Assembly: GCA_034780895.1 (NCBI GenBank)
Contig: JAUZTB010000078.1
Location: forward strand, 6,097,672-6,161,671
DNA length: 64,000 nucleotides
Direction: 5' to 3'
Origin: Rhynchobatus australiae
Taxonomy: Eukaryota
In this document: positions 50,321 to 63,130 of the stretch, piece by piece
How positions within the stretch are numbered: the stretch's first letter is position 1
Layout of the letters: each line of letters begins with the position of its first letter
Program-made: the position numbers and the translations under genes
The notes under the pieces: generated by a model
The model's database searches: none
What the model saw: the letters and a program-made list of their open reading frames with translations, nothing else
What the model was told of the DNA's origin: nothing

Positions 50321-52312
50321 TTCTGTCAAAAACCACAGGAAGGAAAGATATTCACAGCTTGATTTTAATTGAAGCAGAGAGCACTTGGGTTTTCCTCATA
50401 CAAGCTCCCACCTTATGGAAATTTGTGACAACCCCAACAGAGAATGAATTTTGCACAGTAACTATTTCTTTGTGCATTTTTCTCCAGCAATTATTGGTGC
50501 TTCCATCAGCTTTTGATTTTCCAAAAGCGGAAGAATGTATAATAGGCCACAAGTCGCAGAGTGATGGAACAACAAATGACTTTATTGACACTTAAGTGAT
50601 TTGAGCAGTTATCACCCATTGCGTGTCTTGCATCAAATTGTCCCAACCACTGCTTCCTTTGGTGACTGACATGAAAGGATACACAAGTTCACCCTTGACA
50701 TGCATATAAAAATTCTCTCTTACCTATCAATAACTTTCAGTGAAATTCTTGTGGGGTAGAGTAATCTNNNNNNNNNNNNNNNNNNNNNNNNNNNNNNNNN
50801 NNNNNNNNNNNNNNNNNNNNNNNNNNNNNNNNNNNNNNNNNNNNNNNNNNNNNNNNNNNNNNNNNNNATCTACAGCATTACTGTATGTTACTTTGCATCT
50901 TCCTTTGATTTATTGGAATTCTTGACGGCATTTCAAGTTGTTTCCTTATGGAATGACTTAGTGCATTTGCATTAACCCCATTTCCCTGATTATTTACTGT
51001 GATTATTTTCACAGTTGGAAGTTACAATCTCACTGTTTGTCATTGTAGGAATTATCCAGTGTGGTAATATTGTGTTTCTGATTATAAAGCTTTTAAAGAC
51101 AGGTGCTATTTGAGCCATTCAAACTTGTTGGTAAATTTGAAGCCACTGTTTTAGCTCATAAATGTTTCAGACAATATTTTGAAATTCCTAAACTTCACTT
51201 TTTATTTTTTATTAAAAAGTGCAATTCAACGTACATGTGTGACATGCATGATTTTAAACTCTGGTGCTCTGAGAGACTTGCTTTTTTTTAAATGGTGTAT
51301 GAATCAAAAGTATTTTATCTGCAGGTTTTCAATCTTATTTCTGTCAGGGAAAAAAATCAGCGAAGTTGTGGTCAGTTTTATTATTGGTATACATTGGTGA
51401 TGCTTTTTGACTGTGGGGCTAGGTATTTGTCTTAAGAGTCTTGGGAGGCGGTCTAATGTGCACTTCTTGGAGTAAAGTTAATTGTGTGGCTGTTTTAATT
51501 TGTAACTAATTGAAATTGTCTATTTGGAAATTAATAAATCCTAATTTTTTGATAGAAATTGATGCTGCAATCTTTTTATTGATCCATATTGATGTGTTCT
51601 GAGACTGCTGCTGTGCAGTCTCAGGGAAAGATCCAGATTGGTGTGTTTTTGCTGTTAGTTTTTAAACTTCCTTTAGATCTAAATTGATGAGATCGTGACT
51701 GGTGCCACATTCGCCAGTCTTTCAAGCAAGGTTAGTCACAGGTTGGGAATGGTTTATTATAATCCTTTGTAGTTCAAGTTGGTTTCAGAATGCATAGCAA
51801 TTCTGTTTAAAAAATTTAGATTTGTGAGAGTTGGGGTTGCATTTTAGCCAGAAGTAACCTGTAAATAAGGTATCAAACTTGTTATTTTGTTAAATATCCT
51901 TTGAATACAAGTAGCAGAACAAATACCTTTTACTTCTCTTTGACCTGGCATAGCTGGCCCCTCAGTCAAAACTTTAGCACTCGTTGGCTACTTTCCTTTT
52001 TTTTACTTTTTTAAAAAAAAATTTGTAAGCCAAAACAGATGTGATTTTTTTTTGGGAAAAAGAAACTGGACATTGTATTCCAATTTATTGTGATAAAACA
52101 ATTCACTGTTCCAAAACTGTTGTTTTGTATGCAATTGTATATCTTATTTATTTTGACTTGCATGTTTTGTAATGGTGAACTTTTTTTTTGCTTTTAAAAC
52201 ACTTGTATTTTACTTTTGACTTTGGGGTCACAGGGATTGGTTGGTTGGAATAGCTGTTTTTATATGCATTGCATGCAAGAGAAAAACAGAGCTTGTGTAG
52301 TGATTGGCAGTT

Positions 52313-52457
52313 AATAAAATGAGATTGAAAGCTGTATTTCTGGTTTAAAAAAAACAGCTGTTAAACAACTGGATTGTAGAACACCTTGCCTGTTACCAAA
52401 GTCTCAGTTTTTGAGTTCCTTTGTTTATAGACAGCTTCGTACCTGTAGTTTAATAAA
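52313..52457 (+). promoter_or_regulatory. Candidate intronic polyadenylation signals (AATAAA at 52313 and 52452) for a short brd4 isoform
   Basis: Two AATAAA preceded by a dense cluster of TGTA motifs and U-rich runs (about 51990-52450), at the end of a TE-poor stretch following the in-frame stop. Confidence 0.45.
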
Positions 52458-52904
52458 GTGGTCATGATGTATTCTAATCAGTTGAGTTAATTAAACTGAT
52501 ATATCATTAAAATGGGAAGTAGCATTATTTAACATTACATTATGTCCACGTTATGCACTCCTATTGCGTAGGGCCTAAAGGAGATTCTGGTCAAAGTCGT
52601 TCATTGGGGTTGCCACTTTGCTGATTTGTCAATGACTTGGACAGATTTATAAAATTGTTGTCTGAGACCTATTTAACAGGCATCACAATAAAATTTTAAT
52701 ATAATTGGCTTAAAGGTTTGCAAGCAAAAGAAAACGTCTCATGGAATTATACGGGGCAGAAATGGTCCCTTTTAGTCTGCTGAGGTCCATTGCCTTACAA
52801 CCAAACGTTGAGAGGTCTAGTTTTTGTCTTTAGTAGCATTCCTAACCCCCCTTTATCAAGCCACCATCTCTCCCTGGCCCTACTTCATACATCCTAAAGA
52901 TGCT

Positions 52905-53263
52905 ACCTGAGGCCATTCGGCCCTTGTGTCATTGGTGCCAATCAGTGTAATTTCATTAATCTCATTGCCCTCTTATTTTTCAGTAACATATTGTGCATGT
53001 CTCTTTCATGCCCATCAACTTTTCATTCCATCCACCCACGATTCCAATCATCTCAGAACTCACCCACACTAGGAATAATTTCCAGGCCAATTAACCTATC
53101 GACTATTATGTCTTTGGGTTGTGGGAGAAAACTGAAGTACCTGGAGGGAACCCACATATTCACAAAGAACACACAGACTCCACATACAGTATCAGAGGTC
53201 AGGATCAAATAAGTCACTGAGCTGTGAGCATAGCGGGTAGAGAAGTTACTCACTGTGCTGTCC
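52905..53263 (-). mobile_element. V-SINE, minus strand
   Basis: gtctttgggttgtgggagaaaactgaagtacctggagggaacccaca...actccaca is the reverse V-domain; tail ggccattcggccc. Confidence 0.75.
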
Positions 53264-54104
53264 TTGTCATGATCTCTCTGCTTTCAGTCAGCTATCTCTT
53301 AAGACTGGCTATTCCCACTTCAGTAATGTCTGAATCTGCCCCTACCTCAGCTTACCTGATGGCTTTTGCATCATATCAATTCCAAAGGTAAGAAAGGTGA
53401 TAAAATTCTAGCTGCTCTTCCTCATTTAATTTCATGTAAACTGTCAACCAAAAATTTGTTTCCCTAATTTCAATTTGCAACAAGTCCTCTTAGCCTATTA
53501 CTTTTGTTTAGCGATTTATGTTGACTCCTAATTGACTAACTCCTTTTTAAAATTCTCACTGTGTTTGAACACTCCCATGACCATTTGGCTTGTCAAATCA
53601 AGTATTCTCTAGCCATACAAATCCACTTCTGATTTCTTGAATGTACCATTTCCACTGTTGACAGCCACACTTTCAGCCTGATCTTTAAAATTAAAAAATA
53701 ATCCCTCCATAAACCTCTTCTCTACATCTTACTATGTATTACTAAAACGCTGATCATTTTACTCTTTGGCCAAACATCTGATCATCTTTCCAAATATATG
53801 CCTCAGTGCCACATCTGGTTAATAATGATGCTGTTGAGCTCATTGGGGTCTTGCTGTGGCAGATGCATCATCTAAATATAAGTTACTATGGTAAAGCCTT
53901 CAGAAGAAGATGCTGCCTCTGAACAAAGGTGCATTCCTTTAGTTTGAATTTATGCATTTACAGTCTTGAGCTCCAAATGTTGTAATGTTTGTTTAGTTGC
54001 TGTATCTGTCTTTAAGTTGTGCCAACATGCATGGATAAATATTGAAGCTAAGATAATTGATAGGTTGGTAAACTGTCTTCTGTGAAACTGATGGAGCCAG
54101 CTCC

Positions 54105-54392
54105 TCTGCTAGTTGGACTGCTGCCTCACAGCTCCAATGATCCAGATTCAATCTTGACCTCCAGCATTGCCTGTGGAGTTTGCATGTTATCCCTGTGACC
54201 ATGTTGGTTTCCCCAGGTGTTCTAGTTTCCTCTCGTGCCAAAGACATGCATGATGGTACATTAATTGGCCACTGTAAATTGTTCCTAATGGGTAGGTAGG
54301 TGGATGATAGAATTGATGGGAATTTGGGGGAAAATGGGATTGTTTTGAGTAGGCATCAGCTCGATTGACTGAAAGGTCTCCTGTGTAAGGAA
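54105..54392 (+). mobile_element. V-SINE, plus strand
   Basis: ctgctgcctcacagctcca...gtggagtttgcatgttatccctgtgacc...ggtttccccaggtgttctagtttcctc...ccaaagacatg. Confidence 0.75.
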
Positions 54393-57300
54393 CAATGGAA
54401 GTNNNNNNNNNNNNNNNNNNNNNNNNNNNNNNNNNNNNNNNNNNNNNNNNNNNNNNNNNNNNNNNNNNNNNNNNNNNNNNNNNNNNNNNNNNNNNNNNNN
54501 NNACAATGGAAGTCAGTTTCAGAAATTTTGATCCAGCTCATTAAAGAGCAAATCTAAAACTGTTGCAGCTGGCACATGAAAGGGCCACGTGGGCAAAATT
54601 GCATCATTGCACTGAAACGTGTTCTTGAGCCTAGAGCAAGATAGATTTGACTGTACCCTGACAAATACCCTGACCTAAGAACATCGATATCGGTAAGCAT
54701 CAGCAATTAGATGTGTTCTTTCCTTATGTCCTCCCTAATGTTTAACCAGTGTAACTGGCATCATTTGATAAGCTTTACTCTCCCAGGCATTCTAGGCAAT
54801 CACCTTTCTCCTATTCATGTCATGTTGCATGACTTGGTCACAACCCGGTCTGTGGCATTGCCTGATTAATTTTATTGGGAATGCCTGATTCATTGTATTG
54901 GGAAACTAAGAATGAGAGTCCATGCAGTCCATGTGTGCAATGTTCTGTGGTTGATCTGGATCTTTTCCTAATGCTTCCTTTGAAATGATCCTGCAGTTCA
55001 TTTGCTGTCAACAGTTGATGAACCAGCAGAAAACATAGTAACAATTGGTTTTGGAAATTGGCGTGGCTGCAAACCACTTCTTGTGAAATTTAAACATATC
55101 CTTTCCAAGTCACTTAAGTCATCCCTGAATATATAGCGCAGGATTCATTTAATGGTCTAATCTACACATGGGAATTGGTATTTTCAAATGATAATTAAAA
55201 GTATCAGATAATTTTCCCAGCTGTGCCATGATCACCATTTCAACTGGATTTGAGGTACAAAGTAAATTGATCTTTCAGAACTAAATGTTCTGAGGTATTG
55301 CTGAGACTTGGCTTGATTTGCAGTAAAGCTCTATTTCATTTGAATAGTAAAGTACTGAGTGAATGCATTTATGCACGTTTCTGAACTAAGACATTCGGAG
55401 GTCCAAGAAAGTTATTTAAAAGGTCGTTTAACATAGTTGATGGAATACATGGCAGAAAAGATTGTGCTTAAGTGAACTCTCCAGAATCCTTAGCTTGGGA
55501 CTTTTGAGTATCCCTATCAAAACAAACAATTAACTGGGTATTTGTTACCAGAAATGCAGCTTTTGTGGTATATACTTTTTTTTACTCTTTCTACTTTCTA
55601 GTTTGATATGTATCCAATGCATGTTGACTTTCTATATTGGGGTTAAATTATATGTATTTTTTTTTACTTTGTATAGTTTTCTATTTTCATCATTTCTCAA
55701 ATAAAACAAGTTTACAAACAAGAATGTGTTTGCTTGCTGGGTTGAGTTGTAGACTGTCCAGATCCATTGAGGTCCCTGAATTTGAAATCTCTTGCACATT
55801 TCCTTGTCATTTGATGCACCTCATTGTTTAGGTGACCAGCTAGACAGGTAAGTTGGCTATGCATCAAAAATGATAATCTGAAGCCAGTTTTCAATCAAAA
55901 GTCATGTGATAAACCCTGTCACCTTTCTGTCAGTATTCCTATTGAATTTCATACTAAGGCTCTGAAATGTAATGCATATCCGTTATCTGAGAATGGAACT
56001 CACAAGACATAACTAATTAGCATGACCATAGATCATTCAGAAATACCTTCATCATTCTAATTGCCAACTTTAGCTTCTTGGCCTGATCTTACCAGTCCTA
56101 CAAAACTGTCCACTCTTGTGCAAAAACTACTTGCTGATCTCAACCTACACCCCTTGTCTGCAAGTTGAGAAAATTCAGCAGTTCGGTTTCAAGCATCCTT
56201 GCACTCAAAGCATGAAAAGTGTTTTTTTTTAATTACAATTTTGTTGGGGGTGGAGTGTTTGGAAGGTAGGTGTGGTAGTGTAAAGTGGTTGCTGCAGCTG
56301 AGAAGTAGCACTGGTAAACTAGTAGAAACATGAAAGTTTTGTCAAAATCTGTTTTGGGATTTTGAAATGTGATATTTACAAGTCTGTTTAGCAATTTGTA
56401 ACTTTTGTGATGTCAGTGTATTTATGCATGAATAAAATTATTGTAAGCAATTGAAGTGCTTAAATATTCAAAATTAAACCATTGGTATTTCTGTTTAGTA
56501 ATTAAAATATGGGGGGGGGGATATTATCGTTTGGTTAACTTTTTTTTGCAAATTACTACTTTTACAACTTTCCCAGACTTTTGTAGATGGAGAGAGATGT
56601 TCCTGGGAGCCAAATGTTTTTAAAAAAAATATTGATTCTGTAAAGCTCAGCAGCAGCAGCATATTCTCACCCCTAAGAATTCCATATCACTTGAAAACCT
56701 GCTTAATAGTCCATAACTAGATCTTTTGCTGTATCTGGGAGCAGGATGAATTGTGGTGGGGGTTGTTTTCCAAAAAGTCATTTGGACTGCATACAAAGTA
56801 TCAAAGTTCGCAGTGCATTACAAAGTGAACTTTTGTGTAAGCAGACATAAACAACTAGGTTCAACAAGAAATAGTGAGGTAAAGGACAGCTAATTGTGCA
56901 AGTAATGTTCAAGGGAAGAATGTTGACCAAGACCTTGACTACACACTTCAAGAACCATTGAATTTGTGTTTCTGTATCAACCGTATATTAATTCATGGGT
57001 TCATCTGAAGGTTGGGATCTTTGACACTCCACTGTGCTCTCATCACTTGTCAGCTGGAATGCACCTTCAATGCTGAACCTGTAGCCGGAGTGCAGATGCT
57101 CTCAGTGGACAAATCGAGTTCAAGAAGGCAGCTAATTTACTTCAAACTGAAGGGAAAATTCAAGTCTTTAAAAAAAAACAAAGATAAATTTACATTTTTT
57201 CAATAGGGTAATGGTAATATATAACCTATCTGTAAAATTAGCTCCAGGTTAATTTAAACGGGCACTTTGTGTTGCTAGTAATATGCACATTCTCTGTAAC

Positions 57301-58829
57301 TATCTGAAGAAAACCAGGTCATCAAATGTTGCTTGATAAATTGGAAGTTTCTTTAATATTAATGGTGAGACTTGGCCACAACTGTTGAAGTAACAACGTA
57401 TGAACTTCAAAAGGGATGCATGAGCCACATTTTTTCCCTTCACAACTGCATTATCCTCCCTATACATAAAGGACTTTGGCTTCCTGACCCTAAAATGACA
57501 CACAGCCTCTGTTTCCACGCTGAAGTAGCCAACCTTTTTTTAATTGTAGACAGGATAGCTTATTGAAAGACTGCTTTCACTGCATCTGAAAGCAAGAGTA
57601 TCATTGGAAATAAATGAGGGCAGGGTTATGAAAGTAGAAAATAGTCTTGTACAGGGGTTACAATAAAATAAATAGGCTACCTGATCTCTTCCTATAATTC
57701 ACTCCACTCTCTAGTCGCTCTCTTCATTTTTCTTCTTCCCTTCACCAAACCAGTATTCTGCCCCCAACCCCAAAGTTGCAGTCTCAAGTTGTCCCTAATT
57801 TCATTTCTCTATGTCCTAGCTCCAATTTGTCCGGGGGTAGGGGGGGGGGGGAAATGAATGTTATTTGATGCCACATGCTGTGAATGCCTGTGGAAGGAGC
57901 TGGGTTTGGTTTTGTACTTTGTAAACAATATAATTAATCTGGCCTAAAATTGCTAAAGTAAACTGGGTCATGTGTGTGACCCTGTGAGTTAGTGTCTTCA
58001 GGAGAGAAGAGAGGAAAAACTTAGGAGAACAGTCTCTTTCTTTTGTAATTGGCTGAATTTCCCAAGCAGTATGCAATACAGATGTACTTTATAAAGAAAA
58101 GCAAAATTTTCCAGAGGCATCAAAAATACACTGACAGAATATTTTCAAACATTTCAGCTCTTTAGGTAGATCAACTTTTGTTGATAGTGTGGGTAGCCAC
58201 CCCCTGTATATATATTTGGGATTTGGAACAATAATAACTTCCCCATTACATTTCTGGTGATAGTGGCTTGTAAATTTCTTGGGCCAGAGAATGTTTCCTG
58301 CTTTGAATAGCAGAAAGGTTTTTGGTTCCTATGAATGGCATCAAAAGGATCACAAAAAGTTGTTCATCCTTTATATTTGCAGGGTGGATTTCTGTGGTTT
58401 TATTTGAATTCTTCATGTGTGTTTAAAGCATTCGGTTCATTTCTAGGGCTGTAGGAAATTTTTACCTTATTTGTTATGGTGGGCTTTCAAGTAAAGGGAC
58501 TGCAGATGTCTCCATAGTGAATTGTACATTGTAACACATCGTAACTACAGGAATCTGCAATATTTTTGGCAGCAAATAAGGAAAGTTCTCATTGACTCTA
58601 ACATTTTGGATTAATTATTTTATAACATGCTTCTTCCCTTTATTCTTGGCTCTGTATGCAAATTAGTTTACATTTTCTGTTTTATCCATGGATGTATTCA
58701 GGCATGTTTAACTTTAATATATTTCTGTATCGTCTACAATGCTGTTGGAAGTTCAAATATTTCAGCACAAAGATGCTGGATAAAATATTGGGCTGGTTAC
58801 TCTGACCAGTCTTAAACCTATTGCTTACA

Positions 58830-59500
58830 GAGTTATTTATGTTAATGTTTTAACATCAAGGTGCTTCAAAAATAGCATTGTNNNNNNNNNNNNNNNNNNN
58901 NNNNNNNNNNNNNNNNNNNNNNNNNNNNNNNNNNNNNNNNNNNNNNNNNNNNNNNNNNNNNNNNNNNNNNNNNNNNNNNNNTTAACATCAAGGTGCTTCA
59001 AAAATAGCATTGTCAAACAAATCTTGATATGGAGCCACAAATAAATATTAAGGCTGATGAGGTAGGTTTTAAGGACCTTGAAGGAAAAACACAATTGGTA
59101 ACAGTTGGAGTTCCAAAGCTTAGTGTTTTGGTAGCTGAAGACTTGTGATTAAAATATGGGATGCTCAAGAGGTCAGATCTGGAGGAATTACGACTAAAGG
59201 AGATGACGAATATTGGGGGAAATGAGGCCATGGAGCGATACAAATACGAAGATAAATTTAAAAATGGGCTTCTATTTAGCCAGCATAGGTCAGCAAGCTA
59301 CAAGTTAATCGGTTGTATAAAACTTGAATCAGGGAGAGAGAGGGCAGTGGCATAGNNNNNNNNNNAAGCGACTGAGACTGCTTTGGAAAAGTTGAACCTA
59401 ATCATTTAGGGGTCAAACGTGGCATCAACGTTAGTGAGTGGTTCCAGATGGTTGTCACAAAGAGAAGTCAAAATGGTGATGACCAGTGGACTTACAGTTG
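58830..59500 (-). mobile_element. Degenerate L2-like LINE 3' fragment
   Basis: caaggtgcttca...gaggtaggttttaaggaccttgaagg...gggatgctcaagaggtcagatctggagga...gaggccatggagcga; similar relics lie at about 34790-35100 (-) and 61800-62150 (+). Confidence 0.5.
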
Positions 59501-62500
59501 GAGAAAATTTCCTCCTATCCAGCACTGGATCGTGGAGTAGTTAGTTGTGAGTTGGCAGAGCTTCCTACTCTTCCCCTACATCTCAGCTGCATATATTTGC
59601 AGTCAGATGAAATGTAAGCATTAGCTGTTGAACTGTGAAGCAGGAATTTAGCTTTCGGATGGGAAACATTTGCAGCCTGAAAGAGTGGCTGCATGTTGAC
59701 TCTTGTACATGTGTGATTAAAGAGAAGAATGTTTGATATTTCCCTTCATCCTTTGCTAAATTACTAAGTTAATTGAATTAATAAAATTATGATTGGATAA
59801 AAGGTAACTGGTTGATCAACTGATCTGTGATCTGGAGGGGGAAAATTATTTTCAGTGAATTCATCACACGTGATATCTGCAACTCCACTTGAAGCAACAT
59901 ATAAAATGACTAAAATAACCAAAGATATGTCTTCCATAGCCTGGTCTAATTGATTCTGCTTAAACAGAATAAATCCTTGTGTTCCAGTGCTTGACAGTAA
60001 TTGTTGAGGAAGCCCATCAAATATCATAATCTGGCAAAATAAAATTTGTGCTCCATTGATTTTGCAGAACTATAAAAAGTAGAGTGGCCTAACTTTTTCC
60101 TCTGACTTTTAACTTCTCCAAAGGCGNNNNNNNNATTTTGGAGTTTCGTGGAAGATAGTTGCTCCGTGAAAACCTTTTTGCATGGAAAATGGCTCTCATG
60201 TTGGGCTGCTAAAGGTAGTCTAATATTGGGCTGTTTTTTGGGTGCAGGAAATTGGTGGAAGTAGGGGGAGACCTTTTTTGGGGAAAATATTCCCAGGATA
60301 TACACATCCCAAAACAAAAGTAACTTGATAAGCAGTGCCATCTGGAATTGAAACTATTAATTGGAGATAATGAGATAAGCATTCCTTGTATTTGGATATT
60401 TATATGGAAAAACTTGGCTTTTGTGGCCTCTATCTATTGGCGTTTGATCCCAGTTTTTAATTGTTGGGCTGATGCTGTCACAAGACCCTAACATCACCGT
60501 AATGTTCACACAGGTCCACTATTGAGCACATCCTTGCAGACCAGCTTTTACCAACCATATTTGAGGACTCTTGAAACACCTTTCAGGGTCCCAACAATTG
60601 TCTTAGCTGGAAGAACACACAAATCAAACCCTCCCCTGTTTGACGGTAGGCAAGGCGCATCCTAACTAAAGTGTTAGGGGAACTGTCTCGCACATTTCAT
60701 TACCACTGGGTCATAATGGCACTCATAGAAAGTGATAGGTTGGTGTAACAGTTAACACGGAGTAACCAGAATAATAAAAAAACACACACAACCACTATAT
60801 ATTTAATGGATGCTTCATGCAGCCTTATTACTGCTTAGTTTGTCCTAAACTATTGGAGCAGTGGTGTGGTTTGGCAGCAGAGAGGATGCCAGTTTGCATT
60901 AGTATTGTTCTTGAGAAAACTTGAATGTGTGTCCTTCAAAATTCGAAACTAGAAACTAATGGAGTGAAATCAGTGGATATCGTAAATCAGTCCTTAATAG
61001 ACTTATTATTAATGAAACTTAAGACTGGTCACTATCCTGTACATGCGAGATTTCTTAATGTTTTTCACACCCATCCCTGTAATTTGTAGTGAAACTTTAT
61101 CATCTAATTAACAATTTTAGTATTGCTTATTTTCTTGCTGACAATAATTACATGTTCAGTTTGGATGGTCATGGAGTTAGAGATGCAGCAAGGAAACAGG
61201 GCTTTGGTTTACTGGGTCCATACTGACCATCAAGAACCAAATGGTGTGCCATTTAGCTTTCACCTTCCAAATTGACTGTATTTCCTGAAAAGAATTTTTA
61301 ATTGAGTTTCTCATCTTTTCCAAGATTCTACCATTTGAGTGCATTCAATAAAAGAAGAAATAAATGGAAGATTTGATTTGGGACTGGCATGGGGAAAATT
61401 CATTATCACCAAAAGTACAATTCAACAACAGTACATTTCAAAACTCCTACATCCCTAATTTATGGTGGGTATACAGAATTTCCTGTGAACAAAGAAAACT
61501 AAGGAATGATCTACTTGAAAGAGTAGTTGAGGTGAAACAACTTCATTTTTGACCTCCCACTGATTCTAATTTGTCATACTTGGTTTTGCATCCAATTTGA
61601 GATCAGCATTAATTTCCTCAGTTAAACATTGGATGGACCTAGCGAATGACTCCATTTTCCTTCCTGTTACTGAACCGGACAATTCATACTTTCCTAGTGG
61701 TATATCTGATTCAGAAGAGTATCAAACCTGACTTCTATTTATTTCTATTTTGAGAACATTCCCGAAATGTCTCAGCTTGTTTGCAAAACCATCTAATATG
61801 CCTTTGTTACCTCTGGACTTGATTCCAACACAATCTTGGCTGGCTTCCATGTCTGTCTGTTAACTGTTCACTGCCTCCTGGTTATGTATTAAAATTCATG
61901 GCCTTATTTTCAAATTCCTCCATGGCCTCATCTCCCTCTAATCTAATCTCCTCATATCTTGCAATGTTCCAGTATATCTACAAATTCTGGCTACTTGATC
62001 ATTCACCATTATCAGCTATGCTTTTAGCTTCTAAGGGCTTGCACTCTGAAGTTCCCTCTAAACTCTCTGCCACTTGACTTCTTTCTCCTTTTAAACTGTT
62101 TTTCACTGAACATTTAGTCATTTGCTACACAGCTTGGGTATACATTTAAATAAAATTATGGGCAATCTGCTGTTTGGCCTCCACTTCATTTTCCTGCCAG
62201 ATCCCCATAAACTTCTTACTGGTCTTGAATATATTTAATGAATCTGCATCCACGGTGCTCTTGTATAAAGAATCTCCAAAATTCACAGCCTTTGACAGTG
62301 AAAATTTAAATTATGCTAAACTTTCACATTATGACAACTGCTTGTATACACACACACAAAGTCCAGTAAAACTGGTGTATATCCCACCAACTCCCTTATT
62401 TTAAAATAATTTCCCTAATCTTGAAATAATTACCTGTAGTTCTCAACACCCTTTCCAGCAGGTGCAACCCCATTAGCATCTGCCCTCTGACAGAATCTTA

Positions 62501-63014
62501 CTATCTATTGAGGATGTAGATATATCAACATGTTGATGTTATTACATTTTGGGCGAAATAATTAGGTTCTCTTATAATAGGGTCATAATTTGTATACTGA
62601 ATGGGTTATGAAAGGTTGACTAAATAATCTTTCTTACTTGTAAATATCTTTTCAATCTTGGAATTCAGTGATGTCATTCTCCTGAATATCAACACTGGGG
62701 ATTTTTTTTCTCACCAGAGGTTTCCAGATGAGCATTTTTTTTCTTGCTTTTTTTTCCTCCCCATGTTTTTTTTTGTTGCCTGATTTCTTATGTTGCTTTT
62801 GTTTTCTTTTTCTCACTGGGTATCAGCTCTTTGGTTCCTATTCACCATTTCCTGATGTACTCTTTTATTCTCCCATCTACCTTGCTAATCTGTAGTGGGA
62901 CCTTGGCCCTTTATTTAATTGTGGAAGAAAGTGACCTGAGGTAAAAAAAAGTTTAGAAACACCATTGTTAGAAAATATTGTGCTTTGCGATGTCAAAATA
63001 TACTTAAATAAAAA

Positions 63015-63130
63015 CAGACTTGCATTTTTTTTGACACCAAATTCCAAGATGTCCTAAAGTACCTTATCAAATATCCTTGAGGTATAATCATGATGTAATG
63101 TAGACAATGCGGCACTCACTTTGCGCTTCC
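63015..63130 (-). mobile_element. Deu-SINE 3' tail fragment
   Basis: acttgcattt...gatgtcctaaagtaccttat...gatgtaatgtagacaatgcggcactcactttgcg. Confidence 0.4.

Noticed and set aside
57832-57851. Poly-G run (also 56511-56520) as a G-quadruplex
   Set aside because: Simple homopolymers of unreliable length in short-read assemblies, with no further support.
58850-59013. 32-bp direct repeat around a gap
   Set aside because: Contig-end overlap, the same pattern as at other 100-N gaps.
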